Positions 19,244-28,500 of a stretch of 64,000 bases of DNA are shown here, in pieces. Made by a program: the position numbers and the translations under genes. The number at the start of each line of letters is the position of its first letter. Position 1 is the first letter of the stretch. The notes under the pieces were generated by a model. That model saw only the letters and a list, made by a program, of their open reading frames with translations, did not search any database and was not told the origin of the DNA. This stretch comes from an uncultured Anaerolineales bacterium (GTDB lineage: Bacteria > Chloroflexota > Anaerolineae > CG2-30-64-16), in assembly GCA_964474695.1 (NCBI GenBank), contig CAYYTK010000017.1, forward strand, positions 25,572 through 89,571, given 5' to 3'.

Positions 19244-21613
19244 ATGGTTGAGAGAAAGCGTTCTTTCATCAGCATGGCCAGGCTATCCCACCTCTGGCGC
19301 CGCCATGGCTGGCTGATTATCGGCCTGCTGTGGATCGTCGCACTGGCGTTGGGCTGCGTTGGCTTTGCGCTGAACGCGGCGGTCGAGGGGCGGTCGCCGC
19401 GCTTCTTCGACGTGGCCTACCGCACCCTCCAGCTTATCCCGATGAACTCCGGCGACGTGGATAGCGCGGCCTGGCCACTCGATGTCGCGCGCTTCCTGAT
19501 CCCCTTCCTCGCGGCCTGGACTGCGGTCCGCGCGCTGCTGGGGCTGTTCAGCGACCGCTGGCAGCAGTTCCTCCTGCGCACCTGGCGCGGCCACGTGATC
19601 ATCTGCGGGCTTAGCCGCAAGGGCTGGCTGCTGGCACAGGGCTTTGTGGAGCGGGGTGACCGCGTGGTCATGATCGAGGCCGATGAATCCCACGACCTGA
19701 TCGGCCCCTGCCGCGAGCGCGGGATAGTTGTGCTTCTGGGCGACGCTACGGATTCGGACCTGCTGCGGCGGGCCGGCGTGCTCCGCGCTGGGCACCTGGT
19801 GGCAGTCACCGATGACGATGGCGTCAACGCGGAGATCGCGGTGCGCTCCCAAGGGGTGCTGCGCAACGCTGCCCAGGGGAGCAGGAGCCAACGAGGATCC
19901 TTGACCTGCACCGTACACCTGGTGGACCCGCAGCTTTACGAGCTGGCGCGCACGCGCGAGCTGGCGCTGGAAGAGGACGTGCCGCTGCGCCTGGAGCTGT
20001 TCAACGTGTTCGAGCGCGGGGCCCGCCTGCTGTGGGATGACTTCGGGCCGGTGCGCGGGGGAAACGGCGCACCGCAAAGGGGAGTCGAGACAACTGACGT
20101 GTGCTCGGCGCATGTGTTGGTGGTTGGGCTGGGCCGCCTGGGCGAGTGCCTGGCCGTTCACGCGGCGCGCGACTGGCACACGCGGCTGCACGATTCACCC
20201 TGCGCCGCGGCCGGCCGGCTGCGCATCACCGTGGTGGACCTGGAGGCAGACTGGAAGTGCCGGGCGCTGAGCCTGCGCTACCCGCAACTGGCCGGCGTGT
20301 GCGACCTGATCCCGTTGGCTATGGACGTGCGCGGGCCGGGCTTCTATGAGGAGACCTTCCTGACCGGGATAACCGATCACCCGCCGGCCAGCGCGGTCTT
20401 CGTTTGTTTCGACGACGACTCATTGGGGCTGCGCACCGGGCTGGCGGTCCATCAGCGCCTGCTGCACACGGCCGCGGGGCCGACGCCGGTGATCGTGCGC
20501 ATGGCGGAGGCCGGTGGGCTGGCGCGGCTGTTGGAGCGGGCCGTCGAGGGCCATGGGGCGACGACCTTTGCCAACCTGCACGCCTTCCCCCTGCTCGACC
20601 GCACCTGCACGCCCGAAGCAATCCTGGGCGGCACGCACGAGGTGTTGGCGCGCGGCCTGCACGGGGTCTACCGCCGGCAACAGGAGGCGCTCGGCCACAC
20701 CGCCGCCACCAATCCGTCGCTGATCGGTTGGGAGGAGCTGCCCGAGGCGCTGCGCGAATCGAATCGCGCCGAAGCTGACGGCATCTTTCGGCACCTGGCC
20801 TCCTTGGGATACACGCTCATTCCGTTGGCCGATTGGAACGCTGCCTTCTTTCGCTTCCCCGAGGCAGAGCTCGAGCGCCTGGCGCAGGTGGAACACGAAC
20901 GCTGGGTCAGCGACTTGCGGCGCCGCGGCTTCAGGCCCACCGATGGGCCGAAGGACGTGGCTGCCAGACTTCATCCGGCGCTGCGGCCCTGGGCTGATCT
21001 GCCTGACGCGGAGCGCATCAAGACGCGCGACAATGTACGCGAATTGCCGGCGACATTGGCCCGCGCCGGCTTCCAGGTCGTCCGGCTGGCTTCGACCGGC
21101 CAAAGCATAACCCCCAGCCCCTCGGCACAAGGAGAAGAGCCAGTGAGCATGCAATCCAATCGGCGCGAGGTCCTGGGCCGCGCCATCCACGAACGCTATC
21201 GGCAGAACCAGCGGGGCATCAAATCGCCGGACGACCCAGCCATGCAACCCTGGGAGACATTGGCCGAGCATCTGCGCGAGTCCAACCGGCAGCAGGGCGA
21301 CGACATCGAAGCCACCCTGCAGCACATCAGCTGCGGGGTGCGGGCTGCCGTAGGCCCGGCGCCGGTCCCTTTTGTCTTCACGAATGAAGAAATCGAGGCC
21401 ATGGCCGCCTTAGCGCATGAGCACTGGATGGCGGAGCGCCGCCGGGCGGGCTGGAGATCCGGGCCGCAGCGCGACGCGGAACGCAAGATCACCCCGTACT
21501 TGATACCCTACGCTGAGTTGACAGAGGATGTCAAGGAGTGGGATCGCCAGGCTGTGCGAGCGATACCGGAAGTGTTGGCGGCCGCCGGGTTGGAAGTGCA
21601 TCGCCTGCCGTAG
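19244..21613 (+). CDS. channel-like 2-TM protein with RCK/TrkA-N NAD-binding domains and two C-terminal RyR-type units
   Basis: AAGGAGG lies 8 nt upstream of the ATG. TM1 is WLIIGLLWIVALALGCVGFAL. A pore-loop-like segment, FFDVAYRTLQLIPMNSGDV, precedes TM2 LDVARFLIPFLAAWTAVRALLGLF. RCK: GHVIICGLSRKGWLLA..VVMIE..GDATDSDLLRRAG..AVTDDDGVNAEIA. A second Rossmann-like segment is HVLVVGLGRLGECLA. RyR-like: LAQVEHERWVSDLRRRGFRP..LHPALRPWADLPDAERIKTRDNVRELPATLARAGFQVV and AALAHEHWMAERRRAGWRSGPQRDAERKITPYLIPYAELTEDVKEWDRQAVRAIPEVLAAAGLEV. Confidence 0.8.
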   Translation: MVERKRSFISMARLSHLWRRHGWLIIGLLWIVALALGCVGFALNAAVEGRSPRFFDVAYRTLQLIPMNSGDVDSAAWPLDVARFLIPFLAAWTAVRALLGLFSDRWQQFLLRTWRGHVIICGLSRKGWLLAQGFVERGDRVVMIEADESHDLIGPCRERGIVVLLGDATDSDLLRRAGVLRAGHLVAVTDDDGVNAEIAVRSQGVLRNAAQGSRSQRGSLTCTVHLVDPQLYELARTRELALEEDVPLRLELFNVFERGARLLWDDFGPVRGGNGAPQRGVETTDVCSAHVLVVGLGRLGECLAVHAARDWHTRLHDSPCAAAGRLRITVVDLEADWKCRALSLRYPQLAGVCDLIPLAMDVRGPGFYEETFLTGITDHPPASAVFVCFDDDSLGLRTGLAVHQRLLHTAAGPTPVIVRMAEAGGLARLLERAVEGHGATTFANLHAFPLLDRTCTPEAILGGTHEVLARGLHGVYRRQQEALGHTAATNPSLIGWEELPEALRESNRAEADGIFRHLASLGYTLIPLADWNAAFFRFPEAELERLAQVEHERWVSDLRRRGFRPTDGPKDVAARLHPALRPWADLPDAERIKTRDNVRELPATLARAGFQVVRLASTGQSITPSPSAQGEEPVSMQSNRREVLGRAIHERYRQNQRGIKSPDDPAMQPWETLAEHLRESNRQQGDDIEATLQHISCGVRAAVGPAPVPFVFTNEEIEAMAALAHEHWMAERRRAGWRSGPQRDAERKITPYLIPYAELTEDVKEWDRQAVRAIPEVLAAAGLEVHRLP

Positions 21614-21673
21614 GGGTCACTTCGTCCGATCCATAGGGGGTACAAAACGCAGTCTTTTGGACGGAGGTGTAAC

Positions 21674-24241
21674 ATGACCGACGGAATCTCGCAAAGTGAT
21701 ATTGATTGGGCCTGCCGACAGATCGCCTGCTACAGTGAGCTCTATCCGAGATATCAGACCTATGCAACGGTCCTGAAGAACGTGCTCGATCAGGCAGTGC
21801 GCGGCCTGGCCCCACTCGCCACCGTAGAGACCCGACCGAAAAACATAGCCAGCTTCGCCGAAAAGATCATGCGCAAGAAAGACAAATACCGGGACCCGGT
21901 CAACCAGTTGACCGACCTGTGCGGCGCTCGCGTCATTACCCACACCTACGCCGAAGTCGGATTGATCTGTGAGTTCATCGAGCAGCACTTCATCGTGGAT
22001 GCTGCAAACAGCGTCAAGATCCACCAGCGGCTGAAGCCCAACGAGTTCGGGTATCGCTCGGTGCATTACGTCGTGCAGATCCCCCGTGGTGTTTTCACAA
22101 AAGAGCGTGAGGCTGTCGAGATCCCGGAGGATGTATACCCAGGACCGCAGGGGGCTCCCCCCATGAAAGCCGAGATCCAGGTGCGGACCCTGCTGGAGCA
22201 CGCTTGGGCGGTGTTCAGCCACGAAAAAGCATACAAGGGCGCATTCGACATGCCAGCAGTGTGGGACCGCGAACTGAACGGCATTGCGGCCTTGCTGGAG
22301 GAGGCTGACCAGGCCTTCTCGCGCATCCAGGCTGGCTTGCGCGCCTACGCGGCCAGCTATGGCGCTTCCATGAAACCTGAGCAGGTTCGTAACGAAATCG
22401 CCCTGCTCCGCGTCGTGTGGGGATGCAGCAACTCAGATCTCGATGTGGCTTACCGCATTGCCAAGCTGGCTATGACCATCGAAGATTGGGACCAGGCGAT
22501 TGAAATGCTTCGACCGCACAAGGAGGCCCTCAGCCAACCAATGCTGCGAGACCTGGGCATTTCGCTCACAAAGAAGTATGCGCAGGAGCCTCAGAGTATG
22601 GACTTCATAGAAGGCCGCGAACTCCTGGCCCGCGCGTGCGAGCTCAATCCCGCCGATGCCGATGCCTGGGCTTCCCGCGCCGGCGCCCACCGGGATGACC
22701 CGGCCACCCGACGCTTCTATTACCAACGCGCCTTTGTAGCTGACCCAACCGATCCATACGCTGTTAGCCGGCTTCTGGTCAGTGAGGTCTCGCGAGCGTG
22801 GGATCCTGCGGCGACCCAATCATCAGCCGCTGCGCCCAACCAGCCCATCGAGAGACAATACCTGCCTGCTGCACAGCTAATGGAACCCGCGATCAGAGCA
22901 TCCATCCAGCGCTGCCGAAACCAGATCGCGGTAGGGACGAACATGCCATGGGCTTACTACAGCCTTGGCATGTTCCATCTGATGCTGCACGAGCCCTACG
23001 AAAGCCTGATTGACTACGCCAAAGCGACCCAACTCAGCACGGCCCCCTGGATGATCAAGACCTCGCTGGATACCCTCCATGAGTTGGCACCTGTCCGCAG
23101 CTTTCTGCCCGGATATGATTGGCTAGTGCGATGGCTCATCCTCGGATGGGCCACACTGTTCCCCGACAAAGCCCCCGTTGACCAAATGGCTGCGCTGCGC
23201 AGGTCGAGCGACGAGCCCATCTCAGCGCCAGTGCTTGTCATTGCAGGCGGCACGGATCCCAGTGTCGAAGAGAAGATGCAGACCTACCGAAAGTTCCTGC
23301 TGGACGGGCTTAAGGACTATGCGGGCACCATCATCTCGGGCGGCACGCTTGCAGGGATCGCGCGACTCGTCGGCGATGTACAAGAGGCCGCAGGCGATAG
23401 AGTCAGAACCACCGGCTACATACCTGCAGAAGCAGAGGATCTTCCACTCGACTCCCGGTATCGCGAGCTCCGAACGACAGAAGGACGCGATTTCAGTGCG
23501 CTCAAGGTCGCTCAGTACTGGATCGACCTTGTGCTATCGGGCGTCCGCCCCCAGCAAGTCAAGGTCATCGGGATCAACGGCGGGCGTATCTCCGCAGTAG
23601 AATATCGCTTGGCCCTGGCCCTAGGCGCACAGGTCATCGTCGTTGAGGGCAGTGGCCGGGCCGTCGATGACTTGCTCAAGGATCGCAACTGGGCCGACGA
23701 ACCCAATCTACTCCCAATTCCGGCCGACGCAATAGTCCTCGGGGGTCTTGTCGGTGCCAAGCGGCCGATCATTGATAAGAATCAGCGCGAAGACCTGGGA
23801 CGCGCCATCCACGCGGCATACTGCCAGACACAGGCGATTGAGCGGGCCAGGGCAGACCCGTCCACGGTTGGCTGGGATAGCCTGGCGGAGAACCTCCGGG
23901 AGTCGAATCGCCAGCAGGCCGATCACATTGAAAAGAAGGTGGCGCAGATCGGCTGCTCCATTTGCGCTGCCGGAGAGACAGAAAACCCCGTCATGGAGTT
24001 CAGCAAAGAAGAGGTCGAGGCCATGGCCGAGATGGAGCACGGCCGGTGGATGGCCGAGCGTCTGCAAGCTGGATGGCGGCGCGGCACGCCCAAGGATGTG
24101 GCGAGGAAAACTAGCCCGTACCTTATGCCGTGGTGGGAACTTGACGAGGACGTGAAGGAGTGGGATCGTGTCACCGTGCGCCAGATTCCGCAGTTACTGG
24201 CGGAAGTCGGACTGCAGGTGCGGCGAGATCGTCCTACGTAG
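21674..24241 (+). CDS. RelA/SpoT-family nucleotide pyrophosphokinase - TPR - SLOG (LSDAT/TRPM-type) - RyR-unit fusion protein
   Basis: GGAGGTG lies upstream of the ATG. Synthetase motifs: RPKNIASFAEKIMRK, DLCGARVITH, EFGYRSVHYVVQ, AEIQVRTLLEHAWAVFSHE. Helical TPR-like middle region. SLOG: VLVIAGGTDPS, IISGGTLAGIARLVGD, VIGINGGRIS, QVIVVEGSGRAVDDL. C-terminal RyR unit: AEMEHGRWMAERLQAGWRRGTPKDVARKTSPYLMPWWELDEDVKEWDRVTVRQIPQLLAEVGLQV. Confidence 0.85.
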   Translation: MTDGISQSDIDWACRQIACYSELYPRYQTYATVLKNVLDQAVRGLAPLATVETRPKNIASFAEKIMRKKDKYRDPVNQLTDLCGARVITHTYAEVGLICEFIEQHFIVDAANSVKIHQRLKPNEFGYRSVHYVVQIPRGVFTKEREAVEIPEDVYPGPQGAPPMKAEIQVRTLLEHAWAVFSHEKAYKGAFDMPAVWDRELNGIAALLEEADQAFSRIQAGLRAYAASYGASMKPEQVRNEIALLRVVWGCSNSDLDVAYRIAKLAMTIEDWDQAIEMLRPHKEALSQPMLRDLGISLTKKYAQEPQSMDFIEGRELLARACELNPADADAWASRAGAHRDDPATRRFYYQRAFVADPTDPYAVSRLLVSEVSRAWDPAATQSSAAAPNQPIERQYLPAAQLMEPAIRASIQRCRNQIAVGTNMPWAYYSLGMFHLMLHEPYESLIDYAKATQLSTAPWMIKTSLDTLHELAPVRSFLPGYDWLVRWLILGWATLFPDKAPVDQMAALRRSSDEPISAPVLVIAGGTDPSVEEKMQTYRKFLLDGLKDYAGTIISGGTLAGIARLVGDVQEAAGDRVRTTGYIPAEAEDLPLDSRYRELRTTEGRDFSALKVAQYWIDLVLSGVRPQQVKVIGINGGRISAVEYRLALALGAQVIVVEGSGRAVDDLLKDRNWADEPNLLPIPADAIVLGGLVGAKRPIIDKNQREDLGRAIHAAYCQTQAIERARADPSTVGWDSLAENLRESNRQQADHIEKKVAQIGCSICAAGETENPVMEFSKEEVEAMAEMEHGRWMAERLQAGWRRGTPKDVARKTSPYLMPWWELDEDVKEWDRVTVRQIPQLLAEVGLQVRRDRPT

Positions 24242-24349
24242 GAATTTGCCACTTCCATAGATGGCAGTCTCGATACTGCGACCAAATGCTGTTCATGTCA
24301 GGTCTCGGAATCGTAGATTCGCAACAGCAGGCAAGGGGGGTAGAAGCGC

Positions 24350-25462
24350 ATGACTATGCCCATCCATCGCATCGGCGTCCTCACCGGTGGCGGCGACTGT
24401 TCCGGCCTCAACGCCGTCATCCGCGCGGTCGTCAAGACCGCTATCACCCGCCACGGCTGGGAGGTGATCGGCATCGAAGACGGCTACGAAGGGCTGATCC
24501 TCCCCGGTAAGACGCGGCCTCTGGGCCTGGCGGACGTCCGGGGCATCCTCCCACGCGGAGGTACGATCCTCGGCACAACCAACCGCGCCGACCCGTTCCA
24601 TTACGAGGTGGAGGTCCAGGCCGACGGTCAGACCAGGATCGAAGTACGGGATGTCTCGGACCAAGTCATGGCCCGGGTGGCTGAACTGGGGCTGGACGCG
24701 CTGGCGATCATCGGCGGCGACGGATCACTGCGCATTACGGTCGAGCTCATCGCCAAAGGGCTGCAAGCAGTCGGCATCCCCAAGACCATTGACAACGACA
24801 TCGCGGGCACCAACGTCACTTTCGGCTTTGACACGGCGGTCAATACGGCCATGGAGGCGTTGGACCGCCTGCATACGACCGGCTCAAGCCACCACCGGGC
24901 CATGATCCTGGAGGTGATGGGGCGCGACGCGGGCTGGATCGCGCTGCATGCTGGCATCGCAGGCGGCGCCGATGTGATCCTGATCCCCGAAATCCCTTAC
25001 GATATCCGGGCCGTGGCGGCCAAGGTGCAGGAGCGCAGCCAGCGCGGCACTCGTTTTAGCATCCTTGTGGTGGCCGAAGGCGCGCGACCCAGGGATGGCG
25101 AGGCGCTGTACCTGGCGGAGCGCGACCTTGGCGGCGCGCGGCGGCTGGGCGGCATCGGCGAAACGGTCGCGGCGCAGCTCAAGGCACTGCTGGATGTCGA
25201 GGTACGCGTCACGGTGTTGGGGCACGTGCAGCGCGGCGGCTCGCCATCGGCTTTCGACCGGCTCCTGGCCAGCCGCTTCGGCGCTTACGCCGTCCAACTC
25301 ATCGCAGAAGGCACACTCGGCCACATGGTCGCACTGCGCGATGACCTGCTGGTGGCGGTACGGCTGGAGGAGGCTGTAGGTCATCAGAAGTTGGTGCCGC
25401 TGGACAGTGATGTACTGGCGACTGCGCGTGGGTTGGGAGTGTGCGTGGGGGAAGCAGGATGA
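24350..25462 (+). CDS. pfkA: 6-phosphofructokinase (ATP- or PPi-dependent not resolvable by eye)
   Basis: IGVLTGGGDCSGLNAVIRAVV, IIGGDGSL, IPKTIDNDI, MGRDAGWIALHAG and LGHVQRGG are canonical PFK-A family motifs. Confidence 0.9.
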   Translation: MTMPIHRIGVLTGGGDCSGLNAVIRAVVKTAITRHGWEVIGIEDGYEGLILPGKTRPLGLADVRGILPRGGTILGTTNRADPFHYEVEVQADGQTRIEVRDVSDQVMARVAELGLDALAIIGGDGSLRITVELIAKGLQAVGIPKTIDNDIAGTNVTFGFDTAVNTAMEALDRLHTTGSSHHRAMILEVMGRDAGWIALHAGIAGGADVILIPEIPYDIRAVAAKVQERSQRGTRFSILVVAEGARPRDGEALYLAERDLGGARRLGGIGETVAAQLKALLDVEVRVTVLGHVQRGGSPSAFDRLLASRFGAYAVQLIAEGTLGHMVALRDDLLVAVRLEEAVGHQKLVPLDSDVLATARGLGVCVGEAG

Positions 25463-25501
25463 GCGAAGTGCAGATCCCTCCGCACTTAAACGGCACGTGG
25501 T

Positions 25502-28500
25502 GTGACGATGGATGGACAAATGACGAGTATATTCCTCTCCTATGCACGCGATGATGACGAGCCATTCGTCCGGCGGCTGTACGACGACCTGACCGAGGCC
25601 GGATTCACCGTCTGGTTCGACCGCGTCTCCATGCCGAGCCGTGCGCTCACCTTCCTGCAGGAAATCCGCGACGCCATCGCCGCTTCCAACCGCCTCCTGC
25701 TCGTGGTGGGACCGAAAGCCGTCGCCTCGGACTACGTGGCGGCTGAGTGGCGCTGCGCGCTGGAGCTGTGCCTCGCGGTCACGCCGGTGCTACGGCTGGG
25801 CGACTACAACCTGGTGCCCCCTGAGCTGTCGGTGCATCACTGCCCCGATGCCCGGCCAGAGCGCCCCTACGCCGACGCGCTAGCTGAGCTGCTGCGCGTC
25901 CTGGCCGAGCCGGTGCCGCCCCTGGCGGCGCTACACGGCGTGCCATCGTTGCCCGCGCACTTTCTGCCCCGGCCGACCGACCTGGCTTTCCTGGACGAGG
26001 CCGTGCTGGCGGACGTGCGCGGGCCGACGGTCATCACCTCGGCCAGGCAGACCACGGCGCTGCAAGGGATGGGCGGCGTGGGCAAGTCGGTATTGGCCGC
26101 GGCCTTTGCGCGGAGTTGCGGCGCGCGCCGCGCGTTCGGCGACGGCATCGTCTGGCTGACCCTGGGCCAGCAGCCCGATCTGCTGCGGGTGGCGTTGGCG
26201 CTGGCTGCGGCGCTGGGGGACGACTTGGCCGAGTACACCGACCTGCAACGCGCCCGGAACCGCTTGCCGAAGCTGCTGGACGACAAGAAGTGCCTGCTGG
26301 TGCTCGACGACGCCTGGGACGTGGCCCACGCCGAGCTCTTCGCCAACAGCCTTGGCCCGCGCTGCCGGCTGCTGGTGACCACGCGCGACGGCGGGCTGGC
26401 GGCCGCGCTGGGCGCACAGGAGCGTCGGCTGGACGTGCTGGAGCTGGATGCGGCCTTGAGCCTATTGGCAGACTGGTCGGGCAAGGCCAGCGAAACCCTG
26501 CCGTCCGAGGCGTGCGAGGTGGCCGCCGAGTGCGGCTACCTGCCCTTTGCGCTGGCGTTGTGCGGCGCAATGGCCCGCGACGGCGCGCCTTGGGCCGACC
26601 TGCTGGACGCGCTACGTGAGGCCGATCTGGCGTTCTTGCAGGCGCAGTTCCCCAACTACCCCTACCCCGACGTGCTGCGGGCACTGAAGGTCAGTGTGGA
26701 CGCTCTGGCCGCCAGCGACCCGAACTGGGCGAGGCACTACCAGGAGCTGGCCGTTTTCCCACCTGACGAGGCAGTGCCCGAAGCTGCGATCGTCCAGTTG
26801 TGGGTGCACACCAACGGCCTCAACGAACGAACCGCGCGCCAACTGCTGACGACCCTGGGCCGCAAGTCGCTGGTGCGGCTGGAGGGCCAGGCGCCGCACC
26901 GCCGCGTGGCCCTGCACGATCTGCAACACGACTACCTGCGCGCCGCGCTGCGCGACCTGACCGGCCTGCACGCTGAGCTGCTCGCCGCGTACCGGGAGAA
27001 GTGTCCCGAAGGCTGGCACGCCGGTCCGAACGACGGCTACTTCTTCGAACGGCTGACGTGGCACCTGGCCCTCGCCGGTCGGGCTGCTGAGCTGCGCGAT
27101 CTCCTGCTCGACTACCGCTGGATTCGAGCGAAGCTGGGGGCCTCCGGGCCGGCCGCGCTGATCGCGGACTACGATGTCGCGTTCGACCTTGCCGCGCCCC
27201 GTGGGGCCGGCGATGAGACGGTGCGGCCGGTGCAGGGCGCGATCCGGCTGTCGGCGCATGTGCTGGCGCGGGATGTGGAGCAGCTGCCATCGCAGATCAC
27301 CGGCCGGCTGCTGGCGCGGCGGGAGGAGGAGATAGAAAAACTGCTGCAGCAAGTGCGCGACGAGACAAAGACGCCGTGGCTGCGACCCCTGGCGCCGACC
27401 CTGGACGCCCCTGGCGGCGCGCTGGTGCGCACGCTGACCGGCCATACCAGTGGCGTCCTGGCTGTGGCGCTCACGCCAGACGGACGGCAGGCAATCTCTG
27501 CATCGGGGGACAAGACGCTTAAGGTATGGGACTTGACAAGCGGGAAGGAGTTGCGCACCCTGGCCGGTCATACCAATGACGTCACGGGCGTAGCGCTTAC
27601 GCCAGACGGCCGACTGGCCATCTCCACATCTGAGGACACGCTCAAAGTGTGGGACGTGGCAAGCAGCCAGGAATTACGCACTATAACATGCCATGACGGC
27701 TGGATCAAAGCCGTGGCATTGACACCGGACGGTAGGTTGGCGGTCTCCGCCTCGTGGGACAGCACGCTCAAAGTGTGGGACGTGGCAAGCGGCCAGGAGT
27801 TACGCACCCTAGCCGGCCATGTCGGGACAGTCGAGGCCGTGGCGTTGACACCAGACGGCCGGTTGGCGGTCTCCGCATCGGAAGATGAAACGCTTGAGAT
27901 TTGGGACGTGGCAAGCGGCCAGAGGTTGCGCACCCTGGCAGGCCACACCGGGTGGGTCTGGGGCGTGGCGATCACAGCGGATGGGCGGCTGGCCGTCTCG
28001 GCATCATGGGATAACACGCTTAAGGTGTGGGACATAGCGACCGGGAAGGAACTGCACACTCTGGTCGGTCATTCAAAGGGTGTCAAGGCCGTGACGCTCT
28101 CTCCCGATGGCCGGTTGGCCATCTCGGGCTCAGACGATAGGACGCTCAAGGTGTGGGACGTGGCCAGCGGGCAGGAGCTATGCACGCTCGCAGGCCATGC
28201 TGGTCCGATCACCGCCGTGGCAGTGACGCCGGACGGTAGGTTGGCCGTCTCTGCATCGTGGGACCAGACGCTCAGGGTGTGGGACGTGGCCAGCGGGCAG
28301 GGGCTGCGTGCCCTGACCGACCATGCCGGGGCGGTCACCACAGTGGCGCTCACATTAGATGAACGACTAGCCGTCTCGGCTTCAAGCGATATGACGCTGA
28401 AGGTCTGGGATGTGGCCAGTGGGTCAGAGTTGAAGACCCTAGAAGGCCATGCCGGCCAAATCACGGCCGTGGCCCTCACGCCAGACGGCCGGCTGGCCGT

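Noticed and set aside
19158-19250. A 30-aa upstream ORF (MGTTGRPFRIERFQAIDLRWGVSEKEAHNG) whose stop overlaps the ATG of the 2TM-RCK-RyR gene, considered as a leader peptide.
   Set aside because: It has no convincing RBS and no feature beyond being open. The main gene has its own strong AAGGAGG, so the uORF is probably fortuitous.
21611-21673. The 2TM-RCK-RyR and RelA/SpoT ORFs are in the same frame, separated by one TAG and 19 sense codons. This could indicate read-through or an ancestral fusion.
   Set aside because: The downstream gene has a strong GGAGGTG SD and a normal N-terminus. The same frame with no second stop over 19 codons is expected by chance roughly one time in eight. TAG is used as an ordinary terminator elsewhere in the window.
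24350-25462. The phosphofructokinase as a component of the neighbouring RelA/SpoT-RyR or TIR systems.
   Set aside because: It is a complete, canonical PFK with its own ~100-nt upstream gap. It is most simply a housekeeping gene trapped between accessory insertions, and nothing in the sequence links it to its neighbours.
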